Shown: positions 56,191 through 64,000 of the stretch, piece after piece
Position numbering within the stretch: position 1 is the stretch's first letter
Layout: the number at the start of each line of letters is the position of its first letter
IMG/VR virus record: IMGVR_UViG_3300031994_002623
Location: 1-64,000 of that record
DNA length: 64,000 nucleotides
Source: a virus
Taxonomy: Duplodnaviria > Caudoviricetes
Direction: 5' to 3' (one strand)
Notes under the pieces: model-generated
What the model saw: the letters and a program-made list of their open reading frames with translations, nothing else
Databases searched by the model: none
What the model was told of the DNA's origin: nothing
Program-made: the position numbers and the translations under genes

Positions 56191-56655
56191 ATGGCAACTA
56201 GGAGTTGTATTATCGTAAAAGTTAGAAATTCTGATGTTGGGTCAACACAAAGATATTCTGACGAGAAGTCTAAGTCTCCAGCCAGTGATTGGGGTGGAGA
56301 AGCTTCTAATGACAAGTGTGAAGACGTGAAGATTGAGAAACCTTTCATTGGTGTATATTGCCATTGGAATGGTTATCCTAGCGGTGTTGGAGAGTCTCTT
56401 AAGTCTTTTGCGGACACCTATGAGAGGGCATTGAACCTTGTGTTAGGCGGTGATATGAGCAGCGTTGATAACGATGGCTTTACTCACTACGCAAACAGAG
56501 AAGGTGAAGTGTGGGAGCATATAGCGCCAAAACAGGGAGACACTGCAATCGATGTAAATTCACAGATTGATGAGGACTACGCCTATGTTTTCGAAGAGAA
56601 TAAGGGTGGATGGTTTCTTCTCAACAAGAAGACTGGAGAATTGGAAGAGTATTAA
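56191..56655 (+). CDS. Hypothetical phage protein (MxTR...YCHWxGYP type)
   Basis: Motif; ORF track. Confidence 0.75.
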   Translation: MATRSCIIVKVRNSDVGSTQRYSDEKSKSPASDWGGEASNDKCEDVKIEKPFIGVYCHWNGYPSGVGESLKSFADTYERALNLVLGGDMSSVDNDGFTHYANREGEVWEHIAPKQGDTAIDVNSQIDEDYAYVFEENKGGWFLLNKKTGELEEY

Positions 56656-56663
56656 ATGATGTT

Positions 56664-56711
56664 AAAAAACGGGGTAACTTTTGGCTATTCCGTTTTTTTT
56701 CTGTATCTTTG
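56664..56711 (+). promoter_or_regulatory. Terminator hairpin overlapping sigmaA promoter
   Basis: TTTG at 56680 in loop; TATCTTTG at 56704. Confidence 0.75.
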
Positions 56712-56730
56712 CACTCAAAATTACGATAAT

Positions 56731-56940
56731 ATGAAGAAAATTTGCTTACTTAATTGCTTTGGTGATATAATTAATGGTATTCGCTTAGACAGCGGTGCTG
56801 CTACTGCTGGTAGCTATTCAGTTCCTAGTGTTATGGATTTAAGCGTACAGCATAGGAGTGAGATAGTAGTGAAGATTAAGAATATCAATTTACTACCACA
56901 TGAGAAAGTAAAGTTTACGGAGTTGAAGAAATTAAAGTAA
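56731..56940 (+). CDS. Hypothetical protein
   Basis: ATG after promoter. Confidence 0.55.
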   Translation: MKKICLLNCFGDIINGIRLDSGAATAGSYSVPSVMDLSVQHRSEIVVKIKNINLLPHEKVKFTELKKLK

Positions 56941-56962
56941 AACAAATAATAAATTAGGTATT

Positions 56963-57904
56963 ATGATAGAGACTTATCGTACAGCACCTTTAAACTATGG
57001 TGAGGTGTTTAACAACTTGATTGAGGGAATCGTCGAGTATGTAGCCAACAACAACATTAAGTGTCTTGTCCTTGGTATTAGCGGTGGTATTGATTCTACT
57101 GTGTGCGCAGCATTGTGCAACAAGGCAATCGTTAGATTCAAGGCTAAGTATCCTGGTATTGACAGCCCTACGTTGGCTGGTTTCAGTCTTCCATGTTCAA
57201 CCAACAAGGAGGATGAGGTTAGTGCTGCATCATTGGTCGGTAAAGAGTTCTGCACCACTTTCGACGAGATAAACCTTGAGGATGTCTACGAGACTGTAGA
57301 GGATTTCTGTAAGGGAACTATCCATAACATAGATGCCACGCCAATATCAAGAGGGAACATCAAGGCTCGTCTGCGTATGCTTACGCTGTATGACATCGCT
57401 TCTAGGACACGTGGTCTGGTGGTGGACACTGACAACCTCACAGAGCACTTCCTTGGCTTCTGGACTCTTCATGGTGATGACGGTGATTTCAATCCAATCG
57501 GTGGTTTGTGGAAGCACGAGGTGTACGACCTAGCTAAGTGGATGAAGGAGAATGTGTTCAAGGATTCCAAGGCACTTGAGGCATCCATTGCACTTATGCC
57601 TACCGATGGTAACGGTGTGAAGGAAGGTGGAGACCTTGCTCAGATTGCCCCAGGAAAGACCTACGACGATGTGGATGAAATCTTACATGCCTGGGTTGGT
57701 TTGGACTCTAGAATCAAACCAACTGTTGTGACAAGTGACTACGAGCATGGTGTGTTCAAGGGTCTGTGCCAGAAGCATGGTAAGGATACTGTGGAAATGG
57801 TCATAGAGCGTTGTATCAAGTCTGAGTACAAGCGCAAGCAGCGTCCTCTGGTCATTGACATTTTCAATGGAAATATTACCGAGAAAAACGGTAAACTGTT
57901 ATAA
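56963..57904 (+). CDS. nadE: NH3-dependent NAD+ synthetase
   Basis: LGISGGIDS, GNIKARLRM, GFWTLHGD, PIGGLWK.EV, KR. Confidence 0.92.
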   Translation: MIETYRTAPLNYGEVFNNLIEGIVEYVANNNIKCLVLGISGGIDSTVCAALCNKAIVRFKAKYPGIDSPTLAGFSLPCSTNKEDEVSAASLVGKEFCTTFDEINLEDVYETVEDFCKGTIHNIDATPISRGNIKARLRMLTLYDIASRTRGLVVDTDNLTEHFLGFWTLHGDDGDFNPIGGLWKHEVYDLAKWMKENVFKDSKALEASIALMPTDGNGVKEGGDLAQIAPGKTYDDVDEILHAWVGLDSRIKPTVVTSDYEHGVFKGLCQKHGKDTVEMVIERCIKSEYKRKQRPLVIDIFNGNITEKNGKLL

Positions 57905-57930
57905 GGAATGTTCATTTCTAAATAATTGTT

Positions 57931-57978
57931 AAAAATCTGGGATTACTTTGGTTATCTCAGATTTTTTCTGTAACTTTG
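57931..57978 (+). promoter_or_regulatory. Terminator hairpin overlapping sigmaA promoter
   Basis: tctgggattac-TTTG-gttatctcaga; TAACTTTG at 57971. Confidence 0.8.
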
Positions 57979-58006
57979 CGCCATAAATTAAATAAAAAGT
58001 AAGACT

Positions 58007-58507
58007 ATGGATTTTTTGATTGTATTGACAGTATGTCTATTAATTTTTCTGGTACTATGTTTACTGGAAAGACGAAAAGAGAAGAAGGATTTCGGTAAGA
58101 AGGTTACCAAGTGTATGGAAGACGTAAAGAAGTATGCTAGGAAATTTAACTCTTCAATGTCGCACCTTAATGACATCAAGGATGCAGTCCATGAACTTGC
58201 TAGGTCTAATAAGTTGAAGTATCTGAAGCCATTTGAGGCATATAATATACCAACTAAGAACTACTACTTTAATTGTTTGTTCTACCTTCTTACGACAGAA
58301 AATCTTGAGTATCGGATTGTCATAACGAAGAGTCCATTATACAAGGAGGATAATACGAAAAAGGTAAAGTTACTTCTAGAGCATTCAATGACACTGGAAG
58401 AGTTCGATAAGTTTGTAGATGAATGCAAGGAAGAAAACTATAAGGCTGGGCTTGAGAGATACAGGCGTGAACAGATTGACAGCATTCTTAATAAGGCTAT
58501 AAAATAA
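58007..58507 (+). CDS. Membrane-anchored hypothetical protein
   Basis: N-terminal TM. Confidence 0.75.
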   Translation: MDFLIVLTVCLLIFLVLCLLERRKEKKDFGKKVTKCMEDVKKYARKFNSSMSHLNDIKDAVHELARSNKLKYLKPFEAYNIPTKNYYFNCLFYLLTTENLEYRIVITKSPLYKEDNTKKVKLLLEHSMTLEEFDKFVDECKEENYKAGLERYRREQIDSILNKAIK

Positions 58508-58539
58508 CAAGTATATTAATGACTAATTTCGATTAGAAT

Positions 58540-59052
58540 ATGAAAAAGTATTATGATTTTATTATCTCTATACCAGCACTTGGTATAAGAAAGGGCGACA
58601 TTGTATACAAGGAGGATAAGGTATTCAAGTTTGAGAAGAATGGTTGTGAAGTGCCAAGTTACATTAAGATGGATGCCACCACTATTTCTGAGCACCCTTA
58701 TCTGAGAAAGTATGATAATGGAACTCCTGTAGTACCTAATGCAGGTGCTCTTTCTTCCAAGTTTCCAGGTGGACTGTATGTCATTACTGACTTTCTGGTG
58801 AAGGATAACAGATATGCCATTACATCTGTAAATGATAAGTCCAAGGTTGCTTATGTTTCTGATAAGAAATTCAAACTTGCTGACATCTATTACTTCCTTG
58901 ATTCGAAGGGAAAAATTCAAATGTCATATACTGGTAAAGATGCAGAGGCTGATGAGTGGAGAAAGGTCAGTCATAACATGTTCAAATCCAAGGAGGATGC
59001 TGACAGTTATAAGAACGAAATTATTGCTAAGTGGGTAACTTGTATTGGATAA
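58540..59052 (+). CDS. Hypothetical protein
   Basis: ORF track. Confidence 0.75.
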   Translation: MKKYYDFIISIPALGIRKGDIVYKEDKVFKFEKNGCEVPSYIKMDATTISEHPYLRKYDNGTPVVPNAGALSSKFPGGLYVITDFLVKDNRYAITSVNDKSKVAYVSDKKFKLADIYYFLDSKGKIQMSYTGKDAEADEWRKVSHNMFKSKEDADSYKNEIIAKWVTCIG

Positions 59053-59056
59053 AGCC

Positions 59057-59614
59057 ATGAGGGTAAAGGATAAAATTGAAAAATACATTGACAAACTGGT
59101 AAAACAGTATCCAGTTGTTTGCACAATTGTAGAAGCTAGTAAATCACGCTACTATAACGTTAATGGTAGGGTCTTGAGAATATCAGACCACATCGGTGCT
59201 AACAGCAGTGGTGTTATGTCGATTATAATCCCAGGATTTTCCTCTGGAGGCAATTATATCCTTCATGCACACACATCTGGTCAGTTATCTATTATACCAT
59301 ACGAGAGTGTTAAGGAAGTAGTTCGCTCATTTTTCTTTATATCATCCATGATGAATGAGATTGTTCAGAACACATTCAAGTGGGAGTCTGAGAAGTGCGA
59401 AACTTTCAATACAAACGAGGAAATTAAGAAATTGAAAGCTCAGAATAAAAAGCTTGAAAACTATAAGAAAAAAATGGTTAAAGCTACAAAGGGAAAAGCT
59501 GACAAGAATCTTATCATGGGTATTGAAAGAGCTAAATTTGATGATAAACATCTTGATATTATCGATGCTATCTTGGATAAAATGAAACGAACAGGAGTTT
59601 TAAACGAAGAATAA
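59057..59614 (+). CDS. Hypothetical protein with SxY...LRISDH motif
   Basis: ORF track; motif. Confidence 0.7.
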   Translation: MRVKDKIEKYIDKLVKQYPVVCTIVEASKSRYYNVNGRVLRISDHIGANSSGVMSIIIPGFSSGGNYILHAHTSGQLSIIPYESVKEVVRSFFFISSMMNEIVQNTFKWESEKCETFNTNEEIKKLKAQNKKLENYKKKMVKATKGKADKNLIMGIERAKFDDKHLDIIDAILDKMKRTGVLNEE

Positions 59615-59616
59615 TT

Positions 59617-60981
59617 ATGTTAGAATTAAAAGGACAGTATTGTAAGGACTTAAAGGTCTTTACCGACAACGTTGAGGAGACTGCGTTGTCAACGATATAT
59701 CGCATTGCTGATTGTATTGCGTTCAAGGACAGGAAAATACGAATCATGCCAGACTGTCACGATGGTAAGGGCATTGTAGTTGGCTTCTCATGCCCTGTTA
59801 ATATAGATAAAGACCACGTGAACCCAGAGCACGTTGGATGTGATATCGGGTGTACTATCTCTGCTACCTTCTTCGATAAGCCTATTATCGACGATAATAT
59901 GAAGGAGTTCGAGCACAAGATTCGCAAGGAGATACCTTTCGGTTTCTCAATTAACGACAAGTCTAAGATTGAATGGAAGCGTATCACCAAGGCTGTTAAC
60001 GCAGCTATGGACAGGTTATGCTCATTGTATCCTCAGTTCTCAGAATATGCTATTCGTTTTGGAAACGAAATGGATTTGGAGAAGTGGTGTACCAGGGTAC
60101 GTATTGACTATGGTGACTTCATTAAGGCTATCGGCTCTGTAGGTGGTGGTAACCATTTCCTTGAGTATGATGTCAACGAGGAGTTGGGTAAGTATTGCGT
60201 ATGCGTACACTGCGGCTCACGTAAGCTTGGTTTGGCTGTATTCAATTACTGGAACAAGATTGCCAAGAGCATGACTGTTTCCAGGGAAGAAATGAAGATG
60301 CTTGAGAATAACGTCAAGGCTAAGAACACCGATAAATCAAAGATGAAGGAAGAGCTAAAGGCTGCAAGGGAGGAATATCTCTCTCACAGGATTCCAGGTT
60401 ACCTCTCTGGAGAACACCTTATGGGATACTTAGTAGATGTACTCATTGCCCAGACCTATGCACAGCTGAATCACGAGGTAATTAACGAGCAGGTCGTTGA
60501 GATATATAGGAAGATGTCTGGAGGTGGAAAACCAGTTGACTTCATCAGTACTACGCACAACTATATTGATTACGACTTCAAGGCGTTGATGGGTGCTCCA
60601 AACATGATGATTCGTAAGGGTTCTATCCGTGCTTACGAGGGTGAGAGGGTGATTATTCCATTCAACATGAGGGATGGTATCTCTATCTGCACAGGTAAGT
60701 CAAATCCAGACTGGAACTTTACAGCACCACACGGTGCTGGACGCATTATGTCACGTTCAAAGGCTTTCGAGAACCTGGATGCTGAGGAGTTTAAGAAACA
60801 GATGGCTGATGCTGGCATCTATACCACCACTGCCGATGAGAAGACTCTTGATGAAGCACCAGATGCTTATAAGCCAATGGCAGAAATTGTAAAGCTTATT
60901 GAGCCAACTGTTAACATCGAGTTCTTCATGAAGCCAAAGATGAATATCAAGGCACAGGAAGATAAGATTAAGTTCTTTTAA
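59617..60981 (+). CDS. rtcB: RNA ligase RtcB
   Basis: MPDCH, DIGC, GGGNHFLE, HCGSR, HNY, RKG, HGAGR, DEAPDAYK. Confidence 0.96.
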   Translation: MLELKGQYCKDLKVFTDNVEETALSTIYRIADCIAFKDRKIRIMPDCHDGKGIVVGFSCPVNIDKDHVNPEHVGCDIGCTISATFFDKPIIDDNMKEFEHKIRKEIPFGFSINDKSKIEWKRITKAVNAAMDRLCSLYPQFSEYAIRFGNEMDLEKWCTRVRIDYGDFIKAIGSVGGGNHFLEYDVNEELGKYCVCVHCGSRKLGLAVFNYWNKIAKSMTVSREEMKMLENNVKAKNTDKSKMKEELKAAREEYLSHRIPGYLSGEHLMGYLVDVLIAQTYAQLNHEVINEQVVEIYRKMSGGGKPVDFISTTHNYIDYDFKALMGAPNMMIRKGSIRAYEGERVIIPFNMRDGISICTGKSNPDWNFTAPHGAGRIMSRSKAFENLDAEEFKKQMADAGIYTTTADEKTLDEAPDAYKPMAEIVKLIEPTVNIEFFMKPKMNIKAQEDKIKFF

Positions 60982-60993
60982 ATTGTGCGACGT

Positions 60994-61440
60994 ATGATTA
61001 CAATCGATATTTTCAGCAAGAAAACTCTTAAAGGTAAAACTATCTATAGAGTCTTTAGGGTTGGACATGAAATACCAGCAACTGTTAATGTACGTGTGTA
61101 CACCAATTGTGAGGTTACTGGCTTATCTTATAGTGGAGGCTATTTCAAATACAACATATTTGGAACAGACGAAGATGGTAATAGGGTATTTTTCATGGGG
61201 TTTGGTGCAAGAACGGATAAACCTTCTCACGATATAGAAGAACTATTCCTTTCAAAGGATGAAGCAGTTGCAAAGAGAGAAGAAATCCTTGACCAGATAG
61301 AGAAAGAGATAGAGGATTATACAGCAGCCAGTAGGGATAAAATCAAGGCATCAAAGGCGATACTTGGGGATGCCAGAAGAAATAATCCACTGGTTAGTGA
61401 GAAGGAATTACTTGAACTTGTAACATCTGCTGCTGAATAA
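60994..61440 (+). CDS. Hypothetical protein
   Basis: ORF track. Confidence 0.7.
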   Translation: MITIDIFSKKTLKGKTIYRVFRVGHEIPATVNVRVYTNCEVTGLSYSGGYFKYNIFGTDEDGNRVFFMGFGARTDKPSHDIEELFLSKDEAVAKREEILDQIEKEIEDYTAASRDKIKASKAILGDARRNNPLVSEKELLELVTSAAE

Positions 61441-61445
61441 AGAAA

Positions 61446-61480
61446 AAAAAAATGAGGACCAACCGAGTCCTCATTTTTTT
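61446..61480. terminator. Bidirectional terminator
   Basis: aaaaatgaggac...gtcctcattttt. Confidence 0.8.
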
Positions 61481-61956
61481 GCTATTAGTTTATCGTACAG
61501 GAATTTCGTGAAATATGGCCTTATTGGAGCACCATAATATTCCTTAGCAAGTTCACGCTTCCTTTTAAGTGTCAGTTTCTCAAATTCTTTCCACTGGTAT
61601 GTTGCACCGTGCATGCAGTAGTCCCAATTATCTTGATTGAGGTATGCCTCTATTTCAATTGGTATAAACTTGTATGCGGCATGGAATTTAATGAATATAA
61701 GAGGGATATTGCGAACCCATTCCCATGCATACCTTAGGTAGAAGAAGAACCATGAATCATGTGTTGATTCAGCCTGCCTTACGTGAATGGTTTCATGAGA
61801 TTCCAGCTGACTGTCAATGGTATCAGTTTCATTAATCTTGTCGGCATCCTCTCTTTTGTGACAATAAATGTAACCCTTCCAGGTTAATGCTTTGATATTC
61901 GATGGTAGAAACCATGCCTTTCTACCTCTTACTGTAACAAATTTACTTGGTTTCAT
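61471..61956 (-). CDS. HExxH zinc-metalloprotease-like protein
   Basis: HETIHVRQ...EIEAY; TATTTAT upstream on minus strand (61969-61975). Confidence 0.65.
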   Translation of the reverse strand: MKPSKFVTVRGRKAWFLPSNIKALTWKGYIYCHKREDADKINETDTIDSQLESHETIHVRQAESTHDSWFFFYLRYAWEWVRNIPLIFIKFHAAYKFIPIEIEAYLNQDNWDYCMHGATYQWKEFEKLTLKRKRELAKEYYGAPIRPYFTKFLYDKLIAKK

Positions 61957-61999
61957 AATTTTTTTTCAATAAATACTTGTTTTTTTAAAATTTTTAATA

Positions 62000-62007
62000 T
62001 ATCTTTG
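62000..62007 (+). promoter_or_regulatory. Bacteroidota sigmaA promoter -7 element
   Basis: TATCTTTGCA. Confidence 0.75.
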
Positions 62008-62027
62008 CACTGTTAAACAGAAATCTT

Positions 62028-62285
62028 ATGAGTATAGACGATTTAAAGAATGTACTTGGGAATAATAAAGTAACGAAGTATTCTATTACGGCTGCTGAGG
62101 TCTCAAATATAATGCAGTACACTAATGTATCTCTAGAACTTGATAGGGGTACTCTTGACTATTATTACTCAATTGACGTACAGAGTTTATTGGATTCAGA
62201 TATGCCAGTAGCTGACCTTGATGACTTGAAGAAACAGGGTTGGGCTTTTGTCGAAGATGACAAATATCTTATATTATATATTTAA
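62028..62285 (+). CDS. Hypothetical protein
   Basis: ORF track. Confidence 0.7.
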   Translation: MSIDDLKNVLGNNKVTKYSITAAEVSNIMQYTNVSLELDRGTLDYYYSIDVQSLLDSDMPVADLDDLKKQGWAFVEDDKYLILYI

Positions 62286-62318
62286 TTTATTTTACTAATC
62301 TAACAATTTTTTCATCGT

Positions 62319-62750
62319 ATGCTTAATATAGAGCTGATAGGAAGACTTGGTGCTGATTCGGAAATCAGAAACACCAAGAATGGAAAGCAGATGGTATCCT
62401 TTAGGGTAGCAACTGATGATTTTAGCGGTGGTGAGAGAACTACCACTTGGGTAAACGTAATGTGGACTGGTGACAGAGCCATCAAGATGCAGGAGCACTT
62501 GAAGAAGGGTAGCCACGTAGACGTTCGTGGTGTACTTCGTACATCAATCTACAAGACAAAGAGTGGTGAGAGTGCAATTTCGCACGATGTGTTTGCCGAC
62601 AGGGTTGATTTCGTATCAAGCGGTTCTGGAACAACACAGTCAAATGATGCAGTGGTATCTACTGGAGCTGACTTCGGTAATCTGAAGAGAGACAACACCG
62701 AGCAGGAAGTGTCAGCAGCAAGCACAGCAGCTGATGACTTACCATTCTAA
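62319..62750 (+). CDS. ssb: Single-stranded DNA-binding protein
   Basis: LIGRLGAD, TTW, LKKGS.V.V.G, C-terminal DDLPF. Confidence 0.95.
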   Translation: MLNIELIGRLGADSEIRNTKNGKQMVSFRVATDDFSGGERTTTWVNVMWTGDRAIKMQEHLKKGSHVDVRGVLRTSIYKTKSGESAISHDVFADRVDFVSSGSGTTQSNDAVVSTGADFGNLKRDNTEQEVSAASTAADDLPF

Positions 62751-62754
62751 ACAA

Positions 62755-62784
62755 AAGAACTACTCAGAAATGGGTAGTTTTTTT
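62755..62784 (+). terminator. Intrinsic terminator
   Basis: aactactca-gaaa-tgggtagtt followed by T run. Confidence 0.75.
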
Positions 62785-62847
62785 ATGACTTTAGTTTTTT
62801 TAACATAATATTATAGTCGATAATTTGTTTTTCTCAAAAAGTTTATA

Positions 62848-62855
62848 TATCTTTG
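62848..62855 (+). promoter_or_regulatory. Bacteroidota sigmaA promoter -7 element
   Basis: TATCTTTGCA with upstream TTTG. Confidence 0.8.
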
Positions 62856-62893
62856 CACCACATTTGTTTTTATAACTTTAAAATGATAGAATA

Positions 62894-64000
62894 ATGGCTA
62901 CAAGAACTAAAAGAGAAAAGCCCATTGTTGACGCTGAGTTCTCAGAGGGTGATGCTACAGAGACTGTAACTACTACTAGGACTAGAAGGGCAAGGAGAAC
63001 AACTACCCCTGCTCCAAAGCCAAAGGTTAATAGAAGTAGACGTGCTGCTGCTGAGATTGCTGCTGAGGCAGAGGCTGAACTGAACGGAACTGCTGGTGTG
63101 CCACAGAAACGTATTGATGATGGCGGTGAGGTCAATATTGACAATATCCCAGCACAGAGACTGGCATATTACAGGGAAATTGCATCTGTCCTTAATGAGA
63201 AGGATTTGACTAGTATCTCAAGCTATGGTTCTGATTTGCAACATGCTATGGACACCTATTCTAATGACTTCCTTACGCAGTCGTTTGAGTCACGTTCAAG
63301 CATTGAGTCAGCACAGCTTATTTCCAACCTGCTTGCAGAGCTACACGAGGTTAACATTGATGACCTCGAAGCACCTAGTGCAGTCAAAAGATTCCTGCGT
63401 AAGATTCCAGGACTTAAGAAGCTTATTATTTCAGTGGAACAGGTGAAGACCAAGTATAACACCATTGAGAAGAACATTGACGGTATCGTTGACAAGCTTA
63501 AGGCTACACGCCAGATTGCTATCCGTGATAACAATCTGTTGCAGAAGCAGTTCGAGAATAACTGTGACTATGTAGACCAGCTTGAAGACCTTATTGTGGC
63601 AGGTAAGCTGAAGTCTAAGGAGTTGGAAACTTTGCTTGAGAACATGAAGGCAGAGGCTGGACAGTATGAGGATTACCAGATTACCGATATAGAGGAGTAC
63701 AAGAACTCTCTTGATAAGCGTGTAACTGACCTCATCATGTTGCGCTATGCATTCAAGCAGTCATTGACTCAGATTCGTATCATCCAGCGTACCAACATCA
63801 TGGATGCTAACAACACTGAGTCTCAGATTGCTATGACAATACCTCTCTGGAAGAACCAGTTGTCACTTGCTGTGGCATTGTACAACCAGAAGCAGAGTAT
63901 TGAGGTAAGTAACAAGGTTACAGAAACTACCAACGAAATCTTCAGAAAGAACGCTGAGTTGATGAAGGTGCAAGCAATCGAGGTTGCCAAGCAGAACCAG
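62894..64000 (+). CDS. TelA-like toxic anion resistance protein (3' truncated; absent from ORF track)
   Basis: Manual translation: YGSDLQ, KY..IE.NID.I, LDKRV.DL, QIRIIQ..N, TIPLWKNQL. Confidence 0.88.
   Translation, partial: MATRTKREKPIVDAEFSEGDATETVTTTRTRRARRTTTPAPKPKVNRSRRAAAEIAAEAEAELNGTAGVPQKRIDDGGEVNIDNIPAQRLAYYREIASVLNEKDLTSISSYGSDLQHAMDTYSNDFLTQSFESRSSIESAQLISNLLAELHEVNIDDLEAPSAVKRFLRKIPGLKKLIISVEQVKTKYNTIEKNIDGIVDKLKATRQIAIRDNNLLQKQFENNCDYVDQLEDLIVAGKLKSKELETLLENMKAEAGQYEDYQITDIEEYKNSLDKRVTDLIMLRYAFKQSLTQIRIIQRTNIMDANNTESQIAMTIPLWKNQLSLAVALYNQKQSIEVSNKVTETTNEIFRKNAELMKVQAIEVAKQNQ

Noticed and set aside
44064-60981. Bacterial chromosome origin (dnaK, dnaJ, infC, tyrS, nadE, rtcB)
   Set aside because: These genes lack normal neighbours (no grpE, rpmI/rplT, thrS) and are interspersed with ORFans, fibre genes and phage-type promoters.
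578-63534. Numerous antisense and alternate-frame ORFs nested in long genes (e.g. 1418..1879-, 7768..8199-, 44894..45343-, 62878..63144-, 63225..63446+)
   Set aside because: Shadows of biased codon usage with no motifs, promoters or plausible starts; the 62.9-64 kb ones are explained by the TelA frame.
1-64000. Stop-codon recoding (TAG or TGA read as sense, as in some gut megaphages)
   Set aside because: Long conserved genes are intact in code 11; TAG and TGA end genes at sensible operon junctions; no suppressor anticodon found.
1-64000. CRISPR array or other regularly interspaced repeat array
   Set aside because: No repeat-spacer periodicity seen; the repeats found are coding, promoter or terminator motifs.

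Overview
This 64 kb window comes from a very large lytic dsDNA phage infecting a Bacteroidota (probably Prevotella/Bacteroides-like) host, read in the standard genetic code. Evidence for the host and phage calls: about 15 Bacteroidota-type TAnnTTTG promoters, A-rich leaders without Shine-Dalgarno sequences, dense mostly + strand ORFans, virion fibre genes and an SbcC/gp46-like ATPase. Identifiable genes: two sigma70-family factors, a free-standing homing endonuclease, putative lysis genes, an EEP (sphingomyelinase-like) hydrolase, a radical-SAM-like protein, a Mom-like DNA modification enzyme, ClpP, five tRNAs, four large fibre/adhesin genes, dnaK, dnaJ, infC, DUF2828, a formate/nitrite channel, tyrS, nadE, rtcB, ssb and a TelA-like gene running off the end. 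Most notable observations: (1) a tRNA with a Ser-type long-variable-arm body but a Gln (TTG) anticodon, next to a rare tRNA-Leu(AAG); (2) a cassette of TATTTAT promoter plus an LTESDLH..IVKE leader fused to unrelated cargo proteins, a candidate capsid-loading system; (3) two unannotated structured RNA candidates upstream of the tRNAs; (4) Cys-rich BACON/Ig-like fibre proteins with CxC junctions; (5) displaced relic C-termini behind the sigma gene and fibre genes; (6) a perfect sigma54 site ahead of dnaK; (7) an ORF enclosed by a long inverted repeat. All family calls come from motif recognition by eye; no searches or folding programs were run.
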